From Octopus sinensis (Eukaryota), in assembly GCF_006345805.1 (NCBI RefSeq), contig NC_042998.1, forward strand, positions 84,444,001 to 84,508,000: a DNA stretch of 64,000 nucleotides, read 5' to 3'. A model generated the notes under the pieces. That model was not told the origin of the DNA. It worked only from the letters and a program-made list of their open reading frames with translations, and searched no databases. Numbering within the stretch: the first letter of the stretch is position 1; each line of letters begins with the position of its first letter. The translations under genes were made by a program, and so were the position numbers. This document shows positions 24,905 to 38,870 of the stretch, piece after piece.

Positions 24905-25167
24905 GTGGAGGTGCAATGGCTTAATGGTTAGAGTGTTGTACCCATGATTGTGAGGCTGTGGTCTTGATTACTGGACCAGGCAATGCATTGTGTTCTTGAG
25001 CAAAACACTTCATTCTATATTGCTCCAGTCCACTCACATGGCAAAAATAAATAACCCTGCAATGGACCAGTGTCCCATCCAGGAGGTGGGGGGTGGGGTG
25101 GAGAGAATATATATGCCACAGAATCCAGGAATCTGGCCTTACGAGACTGTGGCTTGGGAAGGATCGT
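24905..25167 (+). mobile_element. SINE S2
   Basis: tRNA head ggaggtgcaatggcttaatggttag and body ccctgcaatggaccagtgtcccatccagg. Confidence 0.7.
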
Positions 25168-25171
25168 TTAA

Positions 25172-25391
25172 TGCTTCCATTACCAACCCAGCTGAAACCG
25201 GCTCTGGCTCTGAGTACAAATGTCTTGTTTTCATAAGTTTTGAATTAAAATCTTCCACCAAAACTTAGTAAAATAACTTGGTTATCATTAGGCTAGTGTT
25301 AGGAACATAAATTGTAACTAAGTTCTTTGTTATATTTACAGCAATTGAAAGAAACACAGAGCATCTCAAAATAAATACAGTAATGAAAGGG
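25172..25391. mobile_element. piggyBac-like MITE, inverted relative to 24409-24626, with an internal micro-inversion
   Basis: TTAA at 25168-25171 and 25392-25395; flanks are the reverse complement of the 24409 copy but 25270-25316 is in the same orientation. Confidence 0.8.
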
Positions 25392-25395
25392 TTAA

Positions 25396-26772
25396 GGCAG
25401 CAACTTAGCAGAACTTTTAGCATGCCAGACAAAATACTTAGAAGCATTCACAGTCAATGTTCTGAGTTCAAATCTTGTTGAGGTTGACTCTACTTTTCAT
25501 CCCTTTTGGATTGATAAAATAAGTGCTAGTTAAGTGCTGTGGTTGATGAAATCGACTAGCCCTCATCACTAAAATTTCAGACCTTTTATTTATAATAGAA
25601 ATATTATTATTGTTATTGTGGCTAGGGCCATGAATTGGTAGGTTTTTTTAGTGTATCAGAAAAAAATGCCTTGCAATTTTTGATTTGTCATTTTGCATTC
25701 TGAGTTTAAATCCTGCTGAGGTCAAGTTTGGTTTTCATCTCTCGAGAATCGATCAAAGAAAGCATTGATCATGTACAAGAGTTAATAGTATCAACAAATC
25801 CTCTCCCCTCAAAATTGCAGGCCTTGTGCCTCAATCAGAAATCATTAATATCATCATCATCATCATTGTATTTCATCTGTTGTTAGGTTCTGAGTTCAAA
25901 TTTGGCCGAGGTCGACTTTGCCTTTCATCCTTTCAGGGTCGATAAATTAAGTACCAGTCACATACTGGAGTCAATCTAATTGACTGGTCCTCTCCCATCA
26001 AATTTCAAGCCTTGTGCCTATAGTAAAAAGCATTATTACTATTAAGGCAGCAAGCTGGCAGAATTGTTAGCATACTGGGCGAAATGCTTATCGGTATTTT
26101 CCTTGTCGCTACATTCCGAGTTCAAATTCTGCCAAGGTCAACTTTGCCTTTCATCCTATGAGGGTTGATAAAATAAATACCAGTTGAACTCTGGAGTCGA
26201 TATAATTGACTTAATCTGTTCCCCTAAATTTGAGGCCTTGTGCCTCATTCTATATTGCTTTCTAATCCTAGAAAGGATTATTATTATTAATATTAAGGCA
26301 GTGAAAAGTGAACAGCTGGCAGAATCGTTAGCATGCTTGGCAAAATGCTTAGTGGCATTTCGTTCGTTTTCACATTCTGAGTTCAAATGCTGCTGGGGGC
26401 AACTTTGCCTTTTATCCTTTCAGGTTTAATAAAATAAGTACCAGTTGATCACTGAGGTTGATGTAATTGACTTATCCCCTATCCTGGAATTGCTGACATT
26501 GTGCCAAAATTTGAAACCATTATTATTACTATTATTATTATTATTATTATTATTAGGGTGGTGGACGGCAGAATCATTCAAGCATCATAAGGAAAAAAAG
26601 TTGTTTTTTTTTCTCAGCTCTTTACATTCTCAATTCAAATCCTACTCAGCCCAACTTTACCTTTGATCCTTCCAACTTTGCCTTTGATAAAATATAGCAT
26701 CAGTCAAGTACACTCCCCTCAAAACTTTTGGCTTTGTGCCTAACTTAGAAAACTATTAATATTATTATTATT
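25396..26772 (+). mobile_element. Head-to-tail array of six SINE S3 copies (core gactttgcctttcatcctttc.gggtcgataaa, Deu/Nin-like)
   Basis: Units start at about 25396, 25625, 25885, 26044, 26295 and 26556, each ending in (TTA)n or (ATC)n. Confidence 0.8.
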
Positions 26773-27589
26773 GCAATGGAAACTGTACTGAAAATAATAT
26801 TACTGAGAGAAAAGTGGCAGTTAAGAAGAAATAGAAGAAAGTTGGACATTTGCCTGATTGCTGGCAGAGTTATCTTAACACACAAAGCACATGTTTTTTG
26901 GTATTCATAACTTTGTCAGACACATTTGACCTATCTAACATCAAAGCCTAAACAGCTTAGCTTCATCAAAATTATACTACACAGCCAATTTGTTATTGTT
27001 TTTTTTTTATTATTTCACTTTTCTTTACTCCCTTTTTTTTCTTCCTGAAAACTAAGGGAAATTGGACATTTATTCCAAAGAAGGAATTATTCAGGTCAAT
27101 ATAGAAAATGTGGATTTAATTAACATACCATTTGGTATTTATCATCATAAACACCATCCTAATCATCACCACCACCATTACCATCATCAGAATTACCATT
27201 AATTCTTTTACCACTGCCATCACCACCACCACGTTTCTACAGTAAATTTCCTTTAATGTTAGAAGCAGCAGTATCATAGCTTTTCTTAATCCCACAGCCA
27301 CATACAGGCATGGCTGTGTGGGCATGAAGTTTGCATCCTAACCATGTGGTTTCAGGTTCAGTCCTACTACTTTGTTGGGCGACTGTCTTCTATAGCCCTG
27401 CGCCAGTCAAAACCTTCTGAGTGGAGTTGGTAGATGGAAACTGAAAGAAGCCCATCTTGTGTGTGTGTGTGTGTGTGTGCATGCATGCGTGTGTGCGTGT
27501 GTATATATGGTGGAAAATACCATTGAAAAGGACATACAAGCATTCAATTTTTGGCGAATGGCTTGCATAAATGATTTGTTTGTAGTGAT

Positions 27590-28523
27590 CAAATGTTTGT
27601 ACAATTCAGTAACAACTTTAGCTGTGTGAACTGGTGCATTATTATCCTGAAAGATTGCGTTTCACTCAAGAAACAGTTCCACAACCATAGGATGAACTTG
27701 ATCAGATAAAATGTTTAAATAGTCTTGACTATTAATTCTGCCATGAAAGGAAACCATTGGGCTAGCGGATTTCCAAGATATAGCCCTCCCAGATCATCCT
27801 CCATGTTTAACAATTAGATGAAGGTAATTTGGGTCAAATGCTCCTTTTGGCTGTCTCCACACACATACTCGGCTGGTTGTCGGAAATAAGGTAAAGGATG
27901 ACTCATCCGAGAAAATAACATTTTCTCACTGCTTTAGGGAGCAATTCTGTAGGTTTTTACTCCACTCTAAATGCTTTGCAACATTTGTTTTTGAAAGTAG
28001 TGGTTTTCTGATTGCAGCCTTCTCATGAAATCTAGCTTTGTGCAGCTCCCAGTGAACAGTTTTGTGGAAACTGGATTCTTGAGGTGGTCATTAAACTCTG
28101 CAGTAATTTTGGGAGCTGTACTTTTGTGATCCTTTCTAACAATTCATGTAAGAGTCTGACGGTCCCTATCTGAAAGTCTTGGTTTTCTTCTGGAATTTTG
28201 TTTCGATGAGGAGGCTTTTCCTTTTTTCTCAAAGGCTGTCATTACTTTCAAGACAACACTTCTTGATACACCAAACATTTTGGCTGTTTTCATTATGCTA
28301 GCACTAACAATTTGACCTCTTTGAAAGTCTCATAGATCTGTGATTTTAATGAATTTTAATTACCTTTTTCTGATTATATCTGAAAAGAAACAGCAATTTT
28401 AGCAAAACATTAAGCAACACTAATAATAAATCAAAAAACATAAAAATAAAGAAACTTTTGACAGTTTTATAGATATTTCAAAATTATGATGCTATGAGTT
28501 TCCATTATTTTGTCCAACCCCTG
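27590..28523 (-). mobile_element. Degenerate Tc1 transposon: left TIR and most of the DDE transposase
   Basis: TA-caggggttggacaaaataat at 28525-28504; DFQRGQIV..GVSRS..RKPRLSDRDR..NVIFSDES..AIFQDNNAPVHT with stops and frameshifts. Confidence 0.9.
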
Positions 28524-30419
28524 TATATTGTTTTCTTAAGCTGGTAAGCTGGAAGAAATATTAGCACACAGGGGTAAAATTCTTAGCAGCATTTCATTCG
28601 TCATGTTCTAAGTTCAAACTCTGCCAAGGTAGATTTTGCCTTTCATCCCTTCAGGGTTGATGCAATTGTCTTACCTCCTCCTTGAAATTACTGGTCTTGT
28701 GCCAAAATTTGAAACTAATATATATTTTGTTTTCTTATGGATTTGAGAAGCATTCCTGCTGAAGATCAACTTCATTTTTATCCTTCCTGGGTTGATAAAT
28801 AACAAAACCTGAGGCAGTGGACTGGCAAAAATGCTCAGAGTGGGAGAAGTATTTGTTCAGTTTCTTTGCGATCTCGATTCAAATCCTACCAGGGCCTACT
28901 TAGGATGTAAACTCAATCTATTGCCTGGTTTAATATCACCATCACTATCATCACCACTTGACCCTTAAAAGGATTTATATAAATAGAATTATAACATCAA
29001 AAATATATTCCAGTATAATGATTTTCCTCTCAAACATTTTTTTTCTCAGAAGGTTACACTGATTTCCTGCCTTACGGCATTTAGTTTAGTCCTAACCCTA
29101 ATATCCAGGACTTCATAACTACTGAAGAAGGAACCCCTCTCTGGACTCATTCAACCATTGTCTATCTCTGGTCATGTAGGCCCTAGGTAGTAAGTGAGAT
29201 CATCTTGTGTTTGGTTGTCCTTTTGATCTTGTCCATTATCATGATGTCCATTCTGTCACCCCGATTGTCCATTTGTTGTCCTTCAGTCATGCTATGTGGT
29301 CAGTCCATCAATAGATGTTCTTTTTGATGGTTCTTATGATGTTGATTCTCATTAAGTTCACCCTCATGGGGAATGTTAACTAAAAAGTGCTAAACTAAAA
29401 ATAAAGCTTTAACCTTTCAACTTTGGTTTAGTACCTTTAGTTAACCCACCCCCACCCACCAGATCAACTGTACCTTTTAATACCCCGAATATCAGAAATC
29501 AATAAATAAGCACAAGGATGTGTACAAGAGTCAGTTTAATTAACTGTAAACCTACTCTAGATATTTGTACTTAAGTAAATACATCATTGTTTTGGTTGGC
29601 TAATAGGATGGAGTGAAAGACTAAATACTTTTCAGTAATTAAATTCCTCTAGAATTCCAATCATGCAGAGAACAAATTCATTTTTTAGCAGTACACACCC
29701 CAAAACAGCAACAGAGATTGAAAAAACAAGTGCTAGAGTACATCTACATCCCACTCACCTCTTCGAAATATGTGGCTTTGCACCTATCTATGAAATAATT
29801 TTTCTGTTTGTACTATCATTTACAAAAAGTACATGGTTTAGTGGTGAAGGTATTTCACTCATAATCATCAAATCATGGTTTCAATTCCTGGGCTGGGTAG
29901 TGTGTTATATTTTTAAGCAAACACTTCATTTCACATTGATTCAGTTCACTCAACTATAATTTAATAACCCTGCAATGAACTGGCATCCCATTCAGGGGCA
30001 ATATTATGATCTCAGTCATTTATTTGCTGTGGAAACCAAGCAACCAGCCTGATGAGTCCTAGGGCTCAAGACAGAACTATACATAAATGAATACATTGTT
30101 ACTAATCCAGTATCAGTCTAACTATTGTACAGTACATTAACTCTTAATATCTTGTTGAAAATTTTCCAAGTCAAAAACCCAGTCCAATAACAACTCTATT
30201 AAACAAACAGAAATGACTGATAGAAGGGATTAAAGTTTACTCCCTTAGGACAAGGAGTTCCTTACTTCCTTCAAAATGAATGTAAGCAAAGTTACTGATT
30301 CTTGTGTATATTGTGCATTTCAGGACTGGCTGATTGATGCAGTACTAAGTGGTACTGTATCAACCAGAAAGTTTAGAGTTAATGGTGATATGTAGAACAC
30401 TAACCATAGAGAAAACTAA

Positions 30420-30865
30420 ATATAGGCACAGGCATGACTGTGTGGTCTCAGGCTCAGTCCCACTGTGTGGCACCTTGGGCAGTTGTCTTCTGCTATATCT
30501 CCAGGAGGACCAGTGACTTGTGAGTGGATTTGGTAGACAGAAACTGAAAGGAAACCATTTTATATATATATATATATATATATATGTCTGTGTGTGTGTG
30601 TGCATACATGATGGGCTCCTTCCAGTTTCCCTCCTGTACACACACGTTCCCTTGTCTTATGATTGTAAATGAGCATCACCATCATGCAAGAGGTGTTGCT
30701 CATTTCTAGACTTTCATAAAAAAAAAATGTCTAGCGATGAGGAAATATTACTTTGCTCAGAAACAAGTGAGGGTTGATAACAAGAGCATCCACCATAGAA
30801 AACCTAACTCAACAAATTCTGTCTGACCCATGCAAGTATGGAAAAGTGGACATTAAGTGATGAAA
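30420..30865 (+). mobile_element. SINE with an S1 head and an RTE-type tail
   Basis: S1 head 30420-30560, microsatellite, tail ...gacccatgcaagtatggaaaagtggacattaagtgatga. Confidence 0.65.
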
Positions 30866-33800
30866 TATATAAAAGCATAAAAAAAAAAAATTACTGAGCT
30901 GGATCTGTTTGATGGAAACCCTTCAAGGTAATGCCTCATTATGGCCACAGACTAATGTATGAAACATAAAAAATAACACAAAACTGGATTTGTAGATGAA
31001 TGCATCAAATCATTGACAGATTTACATTTACTTTATTGTTCCAAGAGAAATGAACGTTTAAAAAAAGTCAATGTAGCAGGATATGAACTCTGTAACAAGC
31101 TTAAGAGGCTGGAACTAAATTACTGCACAGTATTTAGTTTGCTTCTGTTTCTCCCATTTCACTGGTTTTATAAATATATAGAACATTATCCTACAATATA
31201 AAAACCAATTCACTATTGCACCCATCACTGGCATACTTTAAACACATTAATGTGTGGGTGCACCACCACTAACATCCCAGGAATGCTACTATATAGTCAC
31301 TAATTGCATAGCTAAGACAACTAACTTTTTTTTTTTCCACATATTACGATTTCTACTTACCAAACATAGTTATCATTCTACTACTATCAAAGCCAGCTAT
31401 CAAACTAGCATCTTTACCATTCTTCTATTCTTCTTCGCAATTTTTACAGCTTGATACTTAGGACTAGGTTGGTTCATAACTTACTTGCAAATACTTTGAT
31501 AATATTCAGAATATTACGACTATTTATATTGTGTTCAAATCCTGTTGGAGTTGAGTTTTCTTCTATTCCTTCCAGGGATTGTTAAAATAAATATCAATAA
31601 AATACGACTACTACTATCAAAGTAACATCTTCACAGTTCTTCACAATTATTATTGTTATATATTTATAACTTACTTGCAAATGTTTCAGTAATATTTGGG
31701 AGATTATGACTTTACATTCTATGTTCAAATCCTGTTGGCACTGATTTTACTTTCATTTCTTCAAGGAGTTGATAAAATACTGAGATTGATATAATTTACT
31801 ATACCAATCCTGGCAAACTATATTTGAAATCCTAATGCTTTTGTAGTCTTGGGTAACATATCAAAAGGGAAAAAATACCTGGAAAGAATTAGCAGAAATT
31901 ATTGTTAATAATGTTGCATACATGAATTAATCCAAAGACTCAGTCTTCAGTAATTTCACAATGCTTAAAAAAAGTAGGCAAACAAACAAAGAATAATACT
32001 ACCGACATCTCCCAGATTAACTAATTTGATCCTGAAGGGAACGTCTGTTTTAAGGTCATCATTTGTCTTGGACATCATTTATGCTGTTGAGTGACAATTT
32101 TTAACATGCTCCTCTTACATGCCACTATTTTACAATCAAGAAGTTGGAATAATAGAGTGTTGGCTTAAACTTCTTTCAATATTTAGTCTTACATTTTAAT
32201 ACCTACTTTTCCAGGCTTTCATGAGTCAGATGAGAGCACACTAAGACAGAGTTTTCTATGGTTGAATGCCCTTCCTGACACCAACGGTTACCTATTTCTA
32301 AGCAAGGTAATAATTCATCAATCTATTGAACAGCAAACAGCCCTGATATTGTTACATGGAAAACTAAAAACAAACGAATGAGTCTTGTTACATGGTGGAC
32401 TGCATGTAAATGACACTACATAAACACTGAAGTTGTTCTTTACAATCAGCAAACACATATGAAAACAAGGGATGTATACCAGATATTCTATTCAACTGAG
32501 TACTTGTTCACATCAGCATATGTGTTATTCACTGTTTCCTATATTGGAGACAACAAATCATTGCATTGAAAAGGTCCGAAATGCATCTGGTATTTTTGTT
32601 GGCCCCTACTGAGGTGATTTTCTTTTTTACTTCTCCCTACAATATTTGTTTTTAAAACAGCACATTCATAAGAGACATTATCTCAGGTCAAACACCATGA
32701 TACTTTAAGTATGGTACTGTACATATGTTAAGTATGATACTGATGGATACCTATTAAACCAATGTAGATTTTTACATTAAAAAAACATTTACCTCTCTGA
32801 AGAGGAAGTTAATAATCTGAAAAGTTAATATTAACAACACTATCAGCATCTGTTTCCCATACTGACATGGGTAAAAAGGTTCAACAGGATTCAATGGATG
32901 AGAAGACTTGCATTATTATCATCCTCTCACAAATTTGTTTCGTTCATCATGGGCTGCCGTCTTTCATTTTGCAAGGCAATCGTAAAATTGTGGTGCTACA
33001 AAAACATCCATTGCACTCTGTAAATGACTGGCAAATTCATTCAAGCAGTCACAATACAGAGCTTGAGAGGGCTCTTCCATCTTACTGACAGCAAGTTAAC
33101 CCCTACAGTGTTGGGTCATGTCAAAAATGAACTCTGTACATACTGTAACATGGTTGGTATTAGAAAGGGCATTCAACAATAGAAACCTTGTCAAAAAAGG
33201 AGACATTGGAGCTACCTGAATATTATTTTAAAACATTCACCAGATGTCATATATTTACAGCAGTAATTCTCAAATGGTAGGCCACAGAACATAGCTGCAC
33301 TGGATTTAAAAAAAAAAATTAAGCTTTAGAAAATCTATACTAATAGATGAGCATCTTGAAAAACATTATTCACTATTTTACTACACACAAATATTAATAA
33401 GATAAGGTGTGCAATAGTTTCCTGTATTTTTCCTTCTAGATTTGTGACTTTAAAACATTTAAAAAAACTTTTCATACAAAGTGTGCCAGTAATATCAGAA
33501 AGTCAAAAGTATTAGGAATAACTGCAACCTTGAAATGTTCCATTACATTTAAAATGCATTTCAAGATAAACATATGACAACAAATCACACACACACTGAG
33601 AGCTGTACTGAGAGCTGTAGGACAAGAAGTAAGCTACTGGTAAGTAATGAGACTGACACGCTTTCAATCACTGCTTGAAGTTTATTTTTCTTCATGCTGT
33701 TAGCATTTGAAAACAACATGAATGTAATGTTATCCCATTGCTACTGCTACTACCACCACCACCGCATACTTCTTGCTTAAAATGAAGGTTCTTTGTCGTT

Positions 33801-34080
33801 TCAGAAAGAAATTAATATTTTATATATCCAAAGTTGTAGCTTGGTTACAACTGCTACATTTGACAGTTGATATCATTTTATTAGCAATACACTGTTAGTT
33901 CATGGTAGACATTCATAAATTTGGCAGCTACAGAAGTGTTTCTTGGCTTGTAGTGCTGAATTCAAGACAAAACAAAATCTAGAGAAGACATTTAAAAAGA
34001 AATCTACAGAACACCATGAAATATTCAACCTCGTGTCAGCATTATTGATTGTTTAGGTCAGCACTACTGTTGGGTTTAAC

Positions 34081-34404
34081 CAGGCCTGGCCAACTCAAAT
34101 TACATTGCAGGCCACTTTAATCACAAAGTTTTTTGAGGGCCGCTTATATACTGACAGAATTGAAAGCATTTTGTTTTCTCATGCTATTATTACAATAATG
34201 AATGATTGTTGATTCAACATGAAATATTATCGTTGCAAAAATAGTATCTTTCATTTTTTAACTTTTCATTACAATCTTTAATTTTTTATAAAATTTTAGA
34301 AATGTTTGTTTAAATAAACCCTTCAAGAAGGTATCAAGCAAGCTGCAAGATAAAAAAGTCTGTGGGCCACATGCAGCCCGTAGGCCTCAGGTTGGCCAGT
34401 CCTG
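34081..34404. mobile_element. hAT MITE
   Basis: TIR caggcctggccaac / gttggccagtcctg (1 mismatch); perfect 8-bp TSD ggtttaac at 34073-34080 and 34405-34412. Confidence 0.92.
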
Positions 34405-34411
34405 GGTTTAA

Positions 34412-34621
34412 CCATTTTGATATCAATCGGAGATTGCCCCCAATTTTATAACACAAATTTCCTGTTTTAAAGTTATCTAAATGAAAACCTAACAAAGTTT
34501 CATGCTAAATTGTTCCAAACACCAACTTAATAATGACAAAGTTATTCTACTAAACCCTTCATTATTTCCTAAATAAACTGAAATAAAGATACGATACTTT
34601 CACAGTAGTAGGTTAAAAGGG
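34412..34621. mobile_element. piggyBac-like MITE
   Basis: TTAA at 34408-34411 and 34622-34625, right end aaaaggg; related to the 1-149, 24409 and 61514 copies. Confidence 0.65.
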
Positions 34622-34881
34622 TTAAGTCTTTATTCTAATTTCAAGTTGTGTATGATAGTGGGTGGGCAGCAATGCATCTTAAACTTATGTTGAAGCATCA
34701 TTGTTAGTCAGCGAGTCATCTAACCACTGCAAAATATTCCCCAACAGCAGCAATACTATCTCCCCACAATTTCAGTTCTTCAAATCCTTGTTAAGCTGAA
34801 ATAAATGTGAAGCAAATGTTAATGTACTTGCTAGATACAGTTGTTTGACTCAGACATCTAAATAACTGAGGTGGTAGGGGG

Positions 34882-34884
<3 letters not shown>

Positions 34885-34964
<80 letters not shown>
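34885..34964. repeat. (AG)n microsatellite
   Basis: Read directly. Confidence 0.97.
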
Positions 34965-34967
<3 letters not shown>

Positions 34968-35669
34968 GAGGAGGAGTAAACTTGTTTCTTCTCAGCACTG
35001 ATAAAATATTGTTATTAAAACATGATTAGTCTTGAAATCAATTTAAAGGTGTTCCAAGCTAACGAAAGAACCAGCTGCATGTAATGTTTATTTCTATAAA
35101 TAGAAGCCTCCTGCATTCCCTGTGTTACAGTACAACAGTTTACAACCCTGTCATTCCAACACTACACTACAAATTAACTTCACTTGATTTATCTTACATG
35201 GGTTTAGCAAGAGAAGGAAAAAGAAAACAGTATTAATCAATTGCTGTATCTTGGGTATAAACAGATTTAAGTATATTTCTAAATCTCTGATAGCCTCATA
35301 AGGGGTCAGTACTTAGTTATGGTTTTATAGAATTAAACTGAATAAAGACATCACTTTGGTGTAATGGTTAGCAACAACTATTACGGTTTACAGCAGATGT
35401 AGCAATCGAACCTTGCAGGTAATATAATTTATAATAGTAGTGCCCCAGCATGGCCACAGCCTCTGTCTGAAATGAATAAAAGCAAGGATAAAGTCTTTTC
35501 CCTTGATAGAATGCTAATCTATGGTAGGTAATGTTATTTGCAGAGCTATTCCTAACAGACAGGTGAACTGAGATATATACAATTAGAAATTTTCCCCAAA
35601 TACCTAAAAGATAATCTGCAACAGATTTGAACTCAAGATTCACGATCAAGAAATATTTATTATACACAA

Positions 35670-36035
35670 AAGGCATAGGCATGACTATGTGGTAAGGAGT
35701 TTGCTTGTCAACCACATGGTTCTGGGTTCAGCCTCACTGTGTGGAATCTTGGGCAAATGTCTGCTGCTATAACCTTGGGCCAACTTTGTGAGTGGATCTG
35801 GTAGATGGAAACAGAAAGGAACCGATCGTGTGTGTGTGTGTGTGTGCACATCCCACCACTGCTTGACAACCAGTATTGATGTGTTTATGTCCCTGTAACT
35901 TAACATTTTGGCAAAAGAAACTCACAGAATAAATACCAGGCCTTAAAAAAAGTACTGGGGTCAATTTGTTCAACTAAAATTCTTCATGGCAGTGCCCCAG
36001 CGTGGACACAGTCTAATGGCAGAAATGAATAAAAT
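35670..36035 (+). mobile_element. Full-length SINE S1
   Basis: Head, (TG)n and tail gcagtgccccagcgtggacacagtctaatggcagaaa. Confidence 0.75.
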
Positions 36036-37964
36036 AAAATGCTCTTTGATCTTTGTTAATTTTTTAGCTCCCCACCAATTATCATTAAAGAGCATGTATG
36101 GCTGAATTGTTGTTTAGCCTAAAGTGAACTTTGATTGAGCTGAGCTATGATCAAAAATATTCCATGATCATATAGGTTTTGTATGTCTTGGACTACACAG
36201 TCCAATGTACTATTTCTTTTTCAAGATAGTAGGGTGTGGTTTGATGAAGATACAACTACTATTCACAGCAGGTCAAGTGACCAAGTTGAAGTTCCTTTGT
36301 TGGGTTGTGTGTGACAAAGACAATCAAATGATTTGCACCTTGTCACTGAGAGTAAAGTGTATTGGCTACAGACAGCATGTCACAGACAATGGTCTATTTT
36401 TCCTAGCTCTAAATATTTGCAGCTGAGTTGTATAGTTCATCACTGTAATGCTTGGCAGTACAGAACTTTGAAACCAATTAGTTCAGTTCAGGCTACTGAC
36501 TTTGACTCCTCTAGTAGGACTGAGAATGGCAATGTAAACTACCCCTAATCACAATCAGGTCATTGGTCTTCTCTGTTAGATGACAGGCTTAACATATTTG
36601 ACCTGGGGGTTAAGAAAAAGAATATCAAAGCAGATAGGAGTTTTGCTTATGTAGATTAGAATAACAAAAAAAAAAAGCTTATCTCTTTGTTTATGACATC
36701 TACAGAAAAAATGGCAGTAGATAAAAGACATTTTTCAATATTGTATTCTTTATGAATTTCAAAATGGGAATTCTTTGCAATTGTTACAAGTTCACTTATG
36801 TAAACTATTTGGGAAAAATGTTTTGACAACCAACATACATCAAAGACAATTTTCAAATTTTAAATATGGTGACATGAAATTTGGCAGAAGCAATCATATT
36901 TTAAATATTACTGTTGATGACAATTCACTGACAGCTTTGAAACAACATTTACAATCAAATACTAATACTACAGAACAGTGTTTCTGTAAAGAAGAACCTG
37001 TGAGGACTGACAAGAAAGGAAGACAGCATGTTTACTGATTTTGTCACCATATTTCTACTGAAATACACCATCTCGGTTTCAATTAAGTTCTAAATGAAGA
37101 ATTTAATGAAGTAACTCATTATCAATGTAGCAAGTTCAAAGAATTGTTAGCTTTGCTTGATAAAATGCTTAGCATAATTTCTTTCAATTTTGTTTTGAGC
37201 TCAAACTTTGCTGAGGTCATAAGTATCAATTGAGCACTAGAATCAATGATCTCCCATCCCTAAAATTGCTGTCCTTATACCAAAATTTGAAACTTGTTAG
37301 CTATTGTTTGGAACATAAATTAGCACAAATGTTTGATGGAAATTTTAAAACTTGGATCACTTTAGAATGGAGATGTTTGTACCATAGAACCAGGGATAGT
37401 TTCAGGTGAGTTGAAAACAAATGAGTTAATGAAATTAAGAGGATTTAAAACTTTGAACTTGTCCAACACTATGGTAGTTGGAGAAAGAATTATATGGATG
37501 CAAACTGTATTTTAGCTTGTTATAATAATAAAGAGGTGAGTGAGAAACTAAAAGTTCACTAATATTGACAGGGATGAGTTCATTAGTTTAAGAATTGCTG
37601 TCATTGAGCACAAAAGGATGGAACCATAACTGACTGAGTTTATACACTGCTGAGTTAACATTGTCTGGGAGGAAAATTCTTCTGCTATATTGAGTAGATA
37701 AAGTGGCAGTGAAGAAGCTCCCCTACTTCTGTCTCTCTCTAACCTATCTACAGATGTTCTTGAAATCAGTGGTTTTATTTCTTGCCAATTTTTGTACATT
37801 AAAGCATTTAATCACCATGGAAAGGTGAAGCAAGTACTCTCAGCTTTGTAAATTGACAAAGATAATTCTTGTTCAAAATCAGAACTGAACACTTAACAGA
37901 CCCAGAGTTCAAGCACCCGAACTAATTAACTATTATATGTTGAGAAGTAGAAAAGAAATTATCT

Positions 37965-38150
37965 TGAGAGAAAGAAAGAGGGAGATGGTGAAAGAGAAAG
38001 AAAGGAGATGGTGAAAGAGAGAGAAAGAGGGAGAAATGGTGAAAGAGAGAGAGGGAGATATGGTGAGAGAGAGATATGGTGAAAGAGAGAGAGATGGCGA
38101 GTGAGAGAGAGATAGGGAAATAATGTGTGTGAGAGAGAGAGAGAGGATAA
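37965..38150. repeat. GA-rich minisatellite with recurring gagatggtgaaa
   Basis: Read directly. Confidence 0.85.
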
Positions 38151-38669
38151 AGATGAGTGTGTGTGTGTGTGTGTAGGTGGGTGGGTGGGGGGGCTATGTG
38201 GGAAGCAATGATTATAGGAGTCATTAAAACAAATGAAATGATAAAACCTGAAGCCCCAAAATTGGACTGAATATGCTGACAGTTAAATTGTATCTTAATT
38301 CCAGCTGGAAAAAAAAAGGGAGAAAAAAGAATTATAACCAGCTCTCTCTTCCCCATAAAAACATCATCAGTTTTAATCAGAACTCAAGAATCTGTAAAAT
38401 AAAAAGACTTCAAAGTCAGTCTGTAAACTGTGGCTTCTAAGAAATTGATAGAAAGAATGTTTATAAAATATCTTAGTGTAAATATAAACAAGTACTTCAA
38501 ATTAGATTTTTGATAAAGCCACTTAGAAAAGCTAGAACAATTTGATTGGGAAAACAAACTGCTTTGTTTAGTAACTTCTAGCTTTTGAAAAAAAACAAAA
38601 CAATAGTAATCAAAAGCTTATGAAAAAAATATGCTGTTACATTACTAAAATAATTCTTTTTAATGTTTG

Positions 38670-38870
38670 GTCCAAAACTAGTAATTTTGAGAATTGGGGT
38701 AAGTCAATTACATTGATCCCCAAGATTCAACTGGTATTTATTTTATTGACCCTGAAAGGATGAAAGACAAAGTCAACCCCAAAGGGATTCAAACTCAAAA
38801 TGTAAAGAGCTGGGAGAAATGCTGCTGAGCAATTTTTCTGATGTGTTATTGATTTTGCCAGCTCACCACC
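38670..38870 (-). mobile_element. SINE S3
   Basis: Reverse complement of the S3 core (gaccctgaaaggatgaaagacaaagtcaac). Confidence 0.7.

Noticed and set aside
29135-29175. CTGAAGA in a Penelope-looking context
   Set aside because: No downstream GAAA/NUH found.
38200-38285. Possible C/D snoRNA (ATGATTA ... CTGA)
   Set aside because: Imperfect C box, no terminal stem and no recognisable rRNA guide.
37922-38356. 144-aa ORF
   Set aside because: Mostly CT/CA simple repeat.
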